NCBI GenBank assembly: GCA_963815195.1
Contig: CAWFGE010000010.1
Location: 320,001-384,000 of the forward strand
Reading direction: 5' to 3'
DNA: 64,000 bases
From: an uncultured Planctomycetaceae bacterium
GTDB lineage: Bacteria; Planctomycetota; Planctomycetia; Planctomycetales; Planctomycetaceae
Made by a program: the position numbers and the translations under genes. Below, piece after piece: positions 1 through 8,659 of the stretch; position 1 is the stretch's first letter, and each line of letters opens with the position of its first letter. Under the pieces are notes generated by a model. It was given only the letters and a program-made list of their open reading frames with translations. It did not search any database and was not told the DNA's origin.

Positions 1-3000
1 TCGGGATTTGCACGAATGATTATTTGCATTTATTCACCCGGCGAAAGCACTTGCCGATCGATGCGTGGCTGAGCACCGGCAATGCGCACGGTTCGGCGGC
101 GGGACGGTTGAGCTATTTTTTTGATTGGAGGGGGCCATGCCTCGCCGTCGATACCGCTTGCTCATCATCTTTGGTGGCCGTGCATCTTGCCGTTCAAGCG
201 ATTCGCAATGACGAGTGTCAAACAGCTCTCGCCTGCGGCGTGAATTTGATGCTCGCGCCGGATCTCAGTATCTCGCTGTCGCAGGCGGGGATGTTGTCTC
301 CGGAAGGGCTTTGCAAGACCTTCAGCGAGTCGGCCGATGGATTTGTGCGCGGGGAAGGCTGCGGAGCGGTGCTCCTCAAGCGCCTCTCTCAAGCCCGCGC
401 GGATGGTGATCCGATCTTGTGTGTTATTCGGGGTTCCGCGAGTAATCAAGACGGGCGGAGCATCGGCCTGACCGCCCCGAATGGACTGGCTCAACAAGCC
501 GTCATTCGGAACGCGCTCGCGAATGCCCGAGTTGCCCCGGAAGACGTTTCCTATATCGAAGCGCACGGCACGGGCACGCCGCTTGGAGATCCAGTGGAGA
601 TGAGTGCCCTAGAGGCGGTCTTTAAGCAGAACCGTTCGGAGGATCGACCTCTGACGGTCGGTTCGGTGAAAACAAACCTCGGCCACCTGGAAGGAGCGGC
701 CGGCATCGCCGGCGTCATAAAAACCGCCTTGGCATTGTCCTATAAAGTCATCCCGCCCCATTTGCACTATAAACAACCCAGTTCCAAAATCCATTGGGCT
801 TGGCCCGTGAAAATCCCCACAGAAGCGAGATCCTGGGATATGCCCGAGCCACGCCCGCGCATCGCCGGCGTCAGTTCCTTTGGGTTTGGCGGAACCAATG
901 CCCATGTTGTCCTTGCAGAAGCACCCCGCGACGAATCGACGATGCACGCGGATCGCCTGGATCGCCTCCCCGTGCCGCTGCTTAAAATCTCCGCGAAGTC
1001 GCCCGCCGCGGTGCGGGATTTGGCGAATTCCTCTATTCAGCAACTCAGGGATTTCAACCTGGAGCCAACCTGTTATACCTCGTGCGTCGGGCGGAGCGAT
1101 TTTGATTATCGGCTTGTCGCCTTTGCGACGAATGCGGAAGCGATGCAGAATTCGCTTGCGGAATGGGTAAGCAAATCCCCGGAACAAAGCGCCCAGCAAA
1201 GCCTCCACTCTGGGAAGGTTCAAGAGGACTTTCACACGGTTTGGCTCTTCTCCGATCGGATGACATGGAGTCCGGGATTCGGTCGAAGCCTGTATGAATC
1301 CCACGCGTTGTTCCGAAGACTTTGGGATCAGATTGACGAGATTCTCGGATCCATTTGGCCCCGCAATCTGAAAGATTTGCTTTGGAAAGACGCGCCTTTG
1401 CTACAACAGGACCGCTCGATTGCGCTTGTTGCGATTCAGTATCTCTATAGCCAGTTGTGGTTGGAGTGGGGGTTTGCGCCTCGCGAAGTCCGGGGCACAG
1501 GCTTCGGGGAACTCGCCGCGGGGTGCGTGGCAGGGCTTTTGGAATTTAAAGACGCGTTGCAGTTGGCAGTCGATCCACAGGGTGCGGAGGGACTCACGAT
1601 AAAGTCGCCGCGCTATGTTTATCGTCCTTCTCGCATCGCTTCGGAAGCGTCTCATCGGGTGTCGGATCGGGAATACTGGCGTCAAGCCACGATGCCTCAA
1701 AGAACGGGTTCTCCTTTCCCACTCCCCGCTTTTTCAGAGCGTGCCGCCGAAATTCGGTTTGGCGATGAATTGCATGCGAACTCAACCAACGGCCGGCAAA
1801 CCCGAACCGCATCACACGTTGAAGGGATTGCTCCCCGAGATGAGCACGGATGGGATGAATTGTTGAAGGCTCTCGCTCGACTTTATGTCTCGGGGGCGAG
1901 TATCAATTGGAATGCGGTGTTTCCCACACCGGTTCCCAAAGTTGTGTTGCCCAACTATCCGTTTCAGCGAAAGCGCTACTGGCTGCCGGACGACTTAGTT
2001 GAAGATCGCGCTCGGCAAGCGGACAACTCCGTTTCTCGTCCGCATCCGTTTCTCGGAAGGGAGATCGCTGGTTCCCAGGGACAACAGATATTCGAAATGG
2101 ATCTTAATCACTTCTCCTATTTGCAAGGCCACAAGCTTCGCGACGTTTGTCTTTGCCCGCTGACAGCTTATTTGGAAATGGCGTTGGCGGGGGCAATCCG
2201 AATCGATCCAGGGGAATGCACTGGCTTTTGCGTGTCGAATCTTGCCGTCAGCCAACCTCTTTTCTGGCAAGCGGGATCGCCAAGTCCTCTGCGGATGACG
2301 ATCACCCCAAATCCCGATCGGATGGATTGCCGATTTGAAGCCAAAGTGGAGCAGGAATGGCGTCGATGCGCCACATGCACCATTGAGCCGGCCAGTGACA
2401 AAGCGGAACCCGTCGAAGCTTCGCCGGCATTGGGCGGGACGATTCAGGATGTGGATGCGCATTACGAACGCTGTAAGACGGCGGGCCTTGTTTATAGCGG
2501 CGAATTCCGTTGTTTGGATTCCCTGTCGCTCAAGGGGGCGGGGCGATCCGGCGCGGAGGCGTGGGGCAGCGTGCGGCTTCCAAAGACTGCGGAATCCGGT
2601 TATCACTTCCACCCTGCGCTGCTCGATGGCTGTCTGCAGGTCACGATGGTCTGTCTTGACGAACTCGAAGACAAGGAGTGGATCCCGGCCGGCATCGAGC
2701 AATACTTGTTTTATCGCCCGCCCACATCATGCAATGTGACTTCCTTCGTGAAGAAAGTTTATCAAGCCGCGGAAGATCGATTGCTGATCGACCTCGACAT
2801 CATCGATGAGGAGGAGAAGCTCGCCGCGGGGGTCTTGGGATTGACGTTTCGGAAGTCCCCGCGAAGCCCCGCAGGTCTTTTGAGGTCCCAGGCGAAGAAG
2901 GCCGATCCGCTCGTCAGGAACATCTTGGATGCAGCGGATGAAGAGGTTTCTGCGCGGATTGGAGAGTATGTCCGGTCCCGATTGGCAGCTGTCCTGGAAC

Positions 3001-3242
3001 TTGCGGAAAGCGAAGTCGAGCTTTCGCGATCGTTGATCGATATGGGCATGGATTCCTTAATGGCCATCGAGTTGAGAAATGATCTGCAAGCGGATCTCGG
3101 GATTGACTTTTCTATGGAGGAACTCCTCGATGTGTTGACGGCGAATGACCTGATCGACCGGTTGAACCAGTCGCTTGGAGACCGCTCGAATCAAGATCCC
3201 GGAGATGCTGCCTCCGCGGAATGGGTCGAGGGAGTCCTCTGA
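1..3242 (+). CDS. Type I polyketide synthase module, 5'-truncated by the window edge: KS - degenerate AT - DH - ACP
   Basis: KS motifs DTACSSSL, EAHGTGT, KTNLGHLEGAAG and GVSSFGFGGTNAH; AT remnant with GTGFG in place of GHSxG; linker LPNYPFQRKRYW; DH motifs HPFLG, HKLRDVCLCP and HPALLDGCLQ; ACP motif GMDSLMAIELRN. Confidence 0.92.
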   Translation, partial: GICTNDYLHLFTRRKHLPIDAWLSTGNAHGSAAGRLSYFFDWRGPCLAVDTACSSSLVAVHLAVQAIRNDECQTALACGVNLMLAPDLSISLSQAGMLSPEGLCKTFSESADGFVRGEGCGAVLLKRLSQARADGDPILCVIRGSASNQDGRSIGLTAPNGLAQQAVIRNALANARVAPEDVSYIEAHGTGTPLGDPVEMSALEAVFKQNRSEDRPLTVGSVKTNLGHLEGAAGIAGVIKTALALSYKVIPPHLHYKQPSSKIHWAWPVKIPTEARSWDMPEPRPRIAGVSSFGFGGTNAHVVLAEAPRDESTMHADRLDRLPVPLLKISAKSPAAVRDLANSSIQQLRDFNLEPTCYTSCVGRSDFDYRLVAFATNAEAMQNSLAEWVSKSPEQSAQQSLHSGKVQEDFHTVWLFSDRMTWSPGFGRSLYESHALFRRLWDQIDEILGSIWPRNLKDLLWKDAPLLQQDRSIALVAIQYLYSQLWLEWGFAPREVRGTGFGELAAGCVAGLLEFKDALQLAVDPQGAEGLTIKSPRYVYRPSRIASEASHRVSDREYWRQATMPQRTGSPFPLPAFSERAAEIRFGDELHANSTNGRQTRTASHVEGIAPRDEHGWDELLKALARLYVSGASINWNAVFPTPVPKVVLPNYPFQRKRYWLPDDLVEDRARQADNSVSRPHPFLGREIAGSQGQQIFEMDLNHFSYLQGHKLRDVCLCPLTAYLEMALAGAIRIDPGECTGFCVSNLAVSQPLFWQAGSPSPLRMTITPNPDRMDCRFEAKVEQEWRRCATCTIEPASDKAEPVEASPALGGTIQDVDAHYERCKTAGLVYSGEFRCLDSLSLKGAGRSGAEAWGSVRLPKTAESGYHFHPALLDGCLQVTMVCLDELEDKEWIPAGIEQYLFYRPPTSCNVTSFVKKVYQAAEDRLLIDLDIIDEEEKLAAGVLGLTFRKSPRSPAGLLRSQAKKADPLVRNILDAADEEVSARIGEYVRSRLAAVLELAESEVELSRSLIDMGMDSLMAIELRNDLQADLGIDFSMEELLDVLTANDLIDRLNQSLGDRSNQDPGDAASAEWVEGVL

Positions 3243-3385
3243 CGGTGAAGCATCACGGGAGTGTGGAATTCACAAAGTCCCCCCGATTCGCCGGAAGAGC
3301 CGAATAATAAAAAACGATCAATTCAGCACCGACCTCGGCGGCTGGAAGCCGCTACGGAGTGCGCGGGGCAGTCCAGGCAAAAACT

Positions 3386-4522
3386 TCAAACCGCGCGGCG
3401 CCGGCGGCGGCCTTTGACGAAGCTGTCGACGATTACGTTGCCCAAATCATCTGCGCTCGCGTAGGCCGCGATCCCGCCGGAGACCTGGGCCATCTGCTCC
3501 ACGAAGTTCACCAGGCCCAGGTAGAAATAATCCTCGATCAACGCGAAGCTCGACAGATGGATGCCCTCGTTCGCGCAGCGCCGGACTTCGCTGAGCGTGA
3601 CCTGGCGGGTCTTCTCGGAGGGGGGATAAATCAATAACACATCCCGGCCCTCGACGTGGGCCGTCGGTTCGCCGTCCGTGATCGTGATGATCTGCTTGTT
3701 TTGGGCGGGTTGGCGTTTTAACAGTCGGCGGGCGAATTGCAGGCCCGCCTGGATGTTCGTGAAATGCTCCGGTACGAAGGCGGGCGGGTGATCGAGATTG
3801 ATCCTGAGCCTCACCCGCGAATCGTAAATGCTCACCGGCTTGGGGGCGGAATATAAAAGTTCCCGTTCCGACAGCGGCGACGCATAGGTATAAAACCCGA
3901 CGACCTGCAAATAGTCCCCCTGATATTTCCCGCGAACCAGCGATTGGAGCGCCAGCGCCACCCGCTTGGCCTGGGCGAATTTGCCGTAGCGCATCATGCT
4001 GCCCGACATGTCCAAAAGCACCACGGTCGCGCAGGCGGTCTGGTATTCGGTGTCATGGACGACCAGGTCTTCCTCGGCGATTTCGACCGGCGATCCGCCG
4101 CCTTGCCGGTAGAGGGCGTTTTTCAGCGTTTCGTGCAGGTTGAGGTTCGACACCGGGTCGCCGAACTCGTAGGGTTTGGATTCCTCGTGCAGCGTTTGCC
4201 CGGTCCCTCGGAACTCCGTTTCGTGCTTGCCGAGTTGGTCCTTGCGGGTGATGTTGAACAGTTCTTCGAGGGCCTTGTTCTCGACCCGCTTGATGCCCTT
4301 GGGCGTGACGAAAAACCGGCCGTCCTTGTCTTTCTCGACGTAGCCTTGCTTGATGAGCAGATCGATCAGGTCGGGATGTTCCTCTTCCCAGTCCGCTAAG
4401 TTTTCCAGCACATCCTCGCCGTATTGGAGCATGTATTGGCTGATCTGATCGAACAACTCGTCGGCGGATTGCGGCGAGAATTCCTGGGAGCCGTCCCAAC
4501 GGGAGTATTCAAATTGCGGCAT
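3386..4522 (-). CDS. VWA domain-containing protein
   Basis: MIDAS motif LLDMSGSM, plus TNIQAGL and ITDGEPTAH; N-terminus YSRWDGSQ is typical of this VWA family. Confidence 0.85.
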   Translation of the reverse strand: MPQFEYSRWDGSQEFSPQSADELFDQISQYMLQYGEDVLENLADWEEEHPDLIDLLIKQGYVEKDKDGRFFVTPKGIKRVENKALEELFNITRKDQLGKHETEFRGTGQTLHEESKPYEFGDPVSNLNLHETLKNALYRQGGGSPVEIAEEDLVVHDTEYQTACATVVLLDMSGSMMRYGKFAQAKRVALALQSLVRGKYQGDYLQVVGFYTYASPLSERELLYSAPKPVSIYDSRVRLRINLDHPPAFVPEHFTNIQAGLQFARRLLKRQPAQNKQIITITDGEPTAHVEGRDVLLIYPPSEKTRQVTLSEVRRCANEGIHLSSFALIEDYFYLGLVNFVEQMAQVSGGIAAYASADDLGNVIVDSFVKGRRRRRAV

Positions 4523-4536
4523 GGAGTTTCGGAAGG

Positions 4537-4845
4537 TCAGGGGTTGGATTCGGAGCGGTTAGTGACTCGCTGACTTGGTTTGTGTTCGTGGCCGGTGTCG
4601 GGCGCTTTCGGATCGCCGGCGCGCAGCCGCCAGGCGACGAGAGCCGCGAGCGCGAAGCCCGCGGCGGCACCGATCAAGATCAGATTTCGCCAGAGCACGA
4701 TCGAAGCCGTCGTGCGGCCGGCATTCGTTCCTGCCGCCGCCAAATAGATCAACCCCGCCAGCATGCCCAATCCCGCACCGAACAGGGTGCCGCGCTTGAG
4801 GACAAACGAAACGGGGAGATCATTCGGGCGAACAGGTTGCTGCAT
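4537..4845 (-). CDS. Small membrane protein (two predicted TM helices)
   Basis: Two hydrophobic segments; same strand as, and 14 bp from, the VWA gene. Confidence 0.55.
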   Translation of the reverse strand: MQQPVRPNDLPVSFVLKRGTLFGAGLGMLAGLIYLAAAGTNAGRTTASIVLWRNLILIGAAAGFALAALVAWRLRAGDPKAPDTGHEHKPSQRVTNRSESNP

Positions 4846-4948
4846 GGTTGGTGAAGGCCTTTGGTTTCCTCAGATGAATCGCTCTCACCAATTCTAGGGG
4901 CTGGCATCGTCGAAGCCAATTCCCCTTTGGCTTGGTCCCGCCGCACGG

Positions 4949-5392
4949 CTATACGGAACCAACGGGGATGGAAGTCCTCGTATTCAGGCTTTCGGCGATT
5001 TCGGTTTTCCAAATCGGGGTTGGGTGCGGCGGGAAGTTTTCATTCCACGCGTCGCCGCCGGCGAGTCGGGTGATGCCGTGATTGCCCACGACGAGCACCT
5101 GCAATCTTTGTCGGACCGCGGGATTCGTTATCAAAGTCAGAAACACGCTGCGGCCGTTGGGAGCCGTCCACAATACCGACGCCTGCCCGCCGCCAGCGTT
5201 TTGCCGAGCCCAAATGTGTCCGCCGGTCTCGCCGGCCACCAACCGAATCAAGGGAAGAAACATCCCCGCCATCGTAGAGGGTTCAACATTCGGCGTCGCC
5301 AGCCCGGCAATAATCCGCAAAGCCACAGGCGTTCCCAGTTGCTCCGAATCCAGCACGTCACCGAGCGCGCGTTCCAAGTCGGCCAGCGTCAT
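4949..5392 (-). CDS. Hypothetical protein resembling a stand-alone Gfo/Idh/MocA C-terminal domain
   Basis: AAGAGGA RBS before ATG; segments LGTPVALRI, VLVVGNHG and IAESLNTRTSIPV resemble oxidoreductase C-terminal domains. Confidence 0.55.
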   Translation of the reverse strand: MTLADLERALGDVLDSEQLGTPVALRIIAGLATPNVEPSTMAGMFLPLIRLVAGETGGHIWARQNAGGGQASVLWTAPNGRSVFLTLITNPAVRQRLQVLVVGNHGITRLAGGDAWNENFPPHPTPIWKTEIAESLNTRTSIPVGSV

Positions 5393-5578
5393 CGAGGTCC
5401 TCTTATGGTTCAGTTTCAGGTTTTGTCCATGATAGCGGAAACAATCCGCGAAGGAAGTGACGATGGACGACGGAACCGGTCTCTATCGGCGATTGACAAT
5501 TCGTTTTTGGTAACGACAAATCTCCGCTCCCGGCCGCCCGGGGGAACGAATCGCCGCGTTCAGAGCCCGACAAACCGG

Positions 5579-5619
5579 AAAAGCGGCCCGGGCGGTTTGA
5601 TCCCACCCGAGCCGCTTTT
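5579..5619 (-). terminator. Intrinsic terminator hairpin, probably bidirectional
   Basis: aaaagcggc...gccgctttt inverted repeat with A/T tails just downstream of the 5647-6198 gene. Confidence 0.6.
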
Positions 5620-5646
5620 ATTTGAAAGCCTCGAAGAATTCGCCCG

Positions 5647-6198
5647 TCAGTTTTGTTCGGGGTTCCAGGGATTTTCCATTCCTGCCGCGGATGCGGGCAG
5701 CCTTTCCCATTCTTTGCGCACGCGGTTCAAGCCGAAGCTGCACAATTCAAACTCCAGGCTCAGCCGGCGGAGCACGGCGGCTTCATCGCGGTACGGCTCC
5801 TCGTCGAACTGGCTGGCCAGATAATAAGACCGTTTGCCCTGCTGGCAGTAGTCGATGAGGTAGTCTTTCTTGTCCGCCGACTGCAGGCGGGACAGGGCTT
5901 CAGGAAAGACCCCGGCCCAGAAGAGAGTGAAGTCGCCGATGTGCCGGTAGATTTCCCGGCGGGGTTTGGCTTCCCGTTCCTCGGCCTCCATCAGCATTTC
6001 CGCGACCTCCTCCAGACGCCGGCCGGTGGTGTCGCGGACGCGGTAAATCGCGTCCGTCTTCACAAACCTCATCAGCATCTCCACAAGGTAGTCCGTCAAT
6101 TGGGTGTCGGCGACACCCAGTTCTACCTGGAACGTCGTCTCGACGACCGCGGAAAACAAACGGCGGAGGGACTCCGCATCAGCCAACACGGGCTTCAT
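5647..6198 (-). CDS. Conserved hypothetical protein
   Basis: AAGGAG RBS before MKPVLAD; conserved-looking motifs RHIGDFTLFWAGVFPE and DYCQQGKRSYYLAS. Confidence 0.75.
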   Translation of the reverse strand: MKPVLADAESLRRLFSAVVETTFQVELGVADTQLTDYLVEMLMRFVKTDAIYRVRDTTGRRLEEVAEMLMEAEEREAKPRREIYRHIGDFTLFWAGVFPEALSRLQSADKKDYLIDYCQQGKRSYYLASQFDEEPYRDEAAVLRRLSLEFELCSFGLNRVRKEWERLPASAAGMENPWNPEQN

Positions 6199-6504
6199 CT
6201 CACTCTCCTTTTCTCGATACGCACCTCGAATGAAAAAAGCGGCCCGGACAAAAGGAAAACTGCGGTGATGGTTTCGGCGGGACGTTGAGGGGGAAAGTCT
6301 TCCAACCTGAATTCTATCCCGCGAATGCAACTCTCGTCAAATTTTTTGTTGGATGAATGTTCCGGATTTTAAGGCTTCCACCGATTCTAAGGCGGTGGAA
6401 TTTACCACGGATCGTTCTGGTCAAAAATACGGATTTTTTGAGTTCCTTCAGCGAATTTCGTGCCCAAATTTCAAACCGTTCAATCCGAGGAGTGCAACGG
6501 CCAT

Positions 6505-6542
6505 AAAAAATGGGCGGACATCCGGGGAGGTCCACCCATTTT
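6505..6542 (-). terminator. Intrinsic terminator of the DUF4142 gene
   Basis: aaaaaatgggcggac...gtccacccatttt stem with a U-tract on the minus strand. Confidence 0.6.
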
Positions 6543-6568
6543 GGTGCATTTCGATGAAGAAGCCGTGA

Positions 6569-7315
6569 TCAACGGTTGGTGTTGTTCGAGCGGCCGGCCG
6601 CACCGCGGCCCTGTTGGAGTTGGCCGGAGAGTTCCTTGGCCCGTTGCAGATGGCTTTCCGTGGTGTCGATGCCTTCTTTGACGACTTTCTGGAACTCGCC
6701 GGTCGTGGACTCTTCGATGGCTTTCAAAGTCGCGAGCATGCTGATATGGGCGGCGATCTGGTCGCCGAGATAGGCCATGTCAAAATCGCGGCCCTCGTAC
6801 TTCTTGAGCAGCTCTTTGGTCATCTGGGTTTTCATCTGGCCGGCGCGCTTCCCGATCTCGTCCATCGTCGGGTGCTTGTTGCCGCGAAATCCGACCCGCC
6901 GTTTGACGGGGGCGGCATTTTCGTTTGGCTTGCCCGGGGCGTGGAACTCCTTTTGAAAGATCGGCCGATCGGTCGCCGTCAGCGTCTGCTCTTTTTCGTT
7001 GGTGAACTTCGACAGCTTGTTCCAGAATCCCGTATGGGCTTTGATCATCCGCTGGGCGAAATCTTTGACGGCCGGGTCCGAAGCCCGCTGTTCCGCCAAC
7101 TGGGCGATTTCCACCTCGAACTTGTTTCCTTCCATCAGCCAATGGGCCAGCGCATCCTCCAGGTGGGCGTCGCTCGACGTGATTTTCTCCGATGTCGTTT
7201 TGTTCTGATCGTTCTGGTTGGCATTTGGCGGCGTGGGCGGTTCGGCGGCGGAGACCGTGGTCATAGCCAGCGCAACAGCCATCGTTCCGTGAATCAAGTG
7301 ACGAAGAGGCAACAT
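6569..7315 (-). CDS. Secreted DUF4142 (ferritin-like) protein
   Basis: Signal peptide; motifs EVEIAQLAEQRASDPAVKDFAQRMIKAH, FDMAYLGDQIAAH and HLQRAKEL. Confidence 0.8.
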   Translation of the reverse strand: MLPLRHLIHGTMAVALAMTTVSAAEPPTPPNANQNDQNKTTSEKITSSDAHLEDALAHWLMEGNKFEVEIAQLAEQRASDPAVKDFAQRMIKAHTGFWNKLSKFTNEKEQTLTATDRPIFQKEFHAPGKPNENAAPVKRRVGFRGNKHPTMDEIGKRAGQMKTQMTKELLKKYEGRDFDMAYLGDQIAAHISMLATLKAIEESTTGEFQKVVKEGIDTTESHLQRAKELSGQLQQGRGAAGRSNNTNR

Positions 7316-7663
7316 CTCATTCTCCTTTGTGTTTTATTGTGGGTCCCAAAACGCCTTCCAAGCTCCGTGGCCATGGAATAGGCGACTCTCTTGATTTTAT
7401 TTGTCTGAAAACGGCTGCCAACGGGGTGATTGGGGGAAACCCAAGCCGGGAGATGACTGAGCGAACCCGCCCCACGGAAAACGGCCCGGGTCGGAGTTTT
7501 TTGGAGAGGCCGCGATGGAACGGCGGGCGCAACGAGAAAGCGGAGAGCCAAGATCGAATGCGAAGATCCGGACAATCGGATTGGCTCTCCGCCGTGGCTG
7601 CCTTGAATCGAGAATTGCGCTGGCCGACAGGCTCTCGGGGCGGCTCCAATTGCCAGTCACGCT

Positions 7664-7837
7664 TTATTTACCGTGAATCGGAGGCGCGTCTCCGGGCGGC
7701 TCGTCCGGCGGCTCTTGGGGGTGCGGCTGCGGACGGGGCGGTTCGGGGCGATGTTCCGGAAGGGGCTTCTCCGGCGGCGGAGCGGGCTGCGGCTGATCCG
7801 GAAAATCCGGCTGCGGCGGTTCGTTCGGAGGACACAT
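7664..7837 (-). CDS. Proline-rich microprotein (57 aa)
   Basis: GAGGA RBS 7 nt before ATG; MCPPNEPPQPDFPDQPQPAPPPEKP... Confidence 0.5.
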   Translation of the reverse strand: MCPPNEPPQPDFPDQPQPAPPPEKPLPEHRPEPPRPQPHPQEPPDEPPGDAPPIHGK

Positions 7838-7991
7838 GGTCGTTTCCTCAAGCGGCTGAGACCTGGCAAAATCGTCGCGTCCGTCCTGCGTTTGGAAGCG
7901 AACAGACTTGAGTCTAAACGGAAAGAGAGCCGCCGACCCAGGGGGCAACGTCGCGAACGCGAACCGGGAGATTTCCCATGAGAGTTTCGTC

Positions 7992-8462
7992 TCAAGGCAT
8001 CACGAATTGATGGCCTTCCGGGTGCACCGTCAGGACGGGACAGGGAGCCATGCGGACGACGCGTTCCGCCACGCTTCCCATGAGCACATGCGACAGTCCC
8101 GTGCGGCCGTGCGTCCCCATGACGATCAAATCGATCTCGTGCTCTTTGGCGTACTCGATGATCTTCAAGAACGCCAAGCCGGTGCGGGTTGCCAGCGTCA
8201 CGTGCTTGCCCTGCTCCCAACCCGGCTCCAGCACCTTCGTGAGTTGGGCCAAGGCTTTGGTCTCGGCCACTTCCAGGTAATTCTCGAGCGCCGTCGCCAT
8301 CTCCACGACGGCTTCCGGGATTGTCGCCGCCAGTTTCTCCACAACGTGCAGCACATGCAGCTCGGCCTGAAACTGCTCCGCAAAGGCGCACGCATACCGC
8401 GTGGCTTCGCCGGACTGTTCGCTGAAATCCGTGGGCAGCAGAATCCGTTTGAGGGGAATCAT
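7992..8462 (-). CDS. Universal stress protein (UspA family)
   Basis: ILLPTDFSE, DLIVMGTHGRTGLSHVLMGSVAERVVR and PCPVLTV. Confidence 0.95.
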   Translation of the reverse strand: MIPLKRILLPTDFSEQSGEATRYACAFAEQFQAELHVLHVVEKLAATIPEAVVEMATALENYLEVAETKALAQLTKVLEPGWEQGKHVTLATRTGLAFLKIIEYAKEHEIDLIVMGTHGRTGLSHVLMGSVAERVVRMAPCPVLTVHPEGHQFVMP

Positions 8463-8659
8463 CGCATCGCTCCTGTTCGGGGTTGTTCCATAAAAAACGC
8501 CGGCTTACGCCCCCGCTCGCCTGGAACCTGAAACTCCCAGAATGACGCATCTTGCCGAAATTCGCAACGGATCACGCGGTGGGGATGACGCGCGCGGGGG
8601 CGGTCGTTACCATCAACGCCTACGGACAAACACCGGATTCTTTTGAGAGAACGAAGTCT

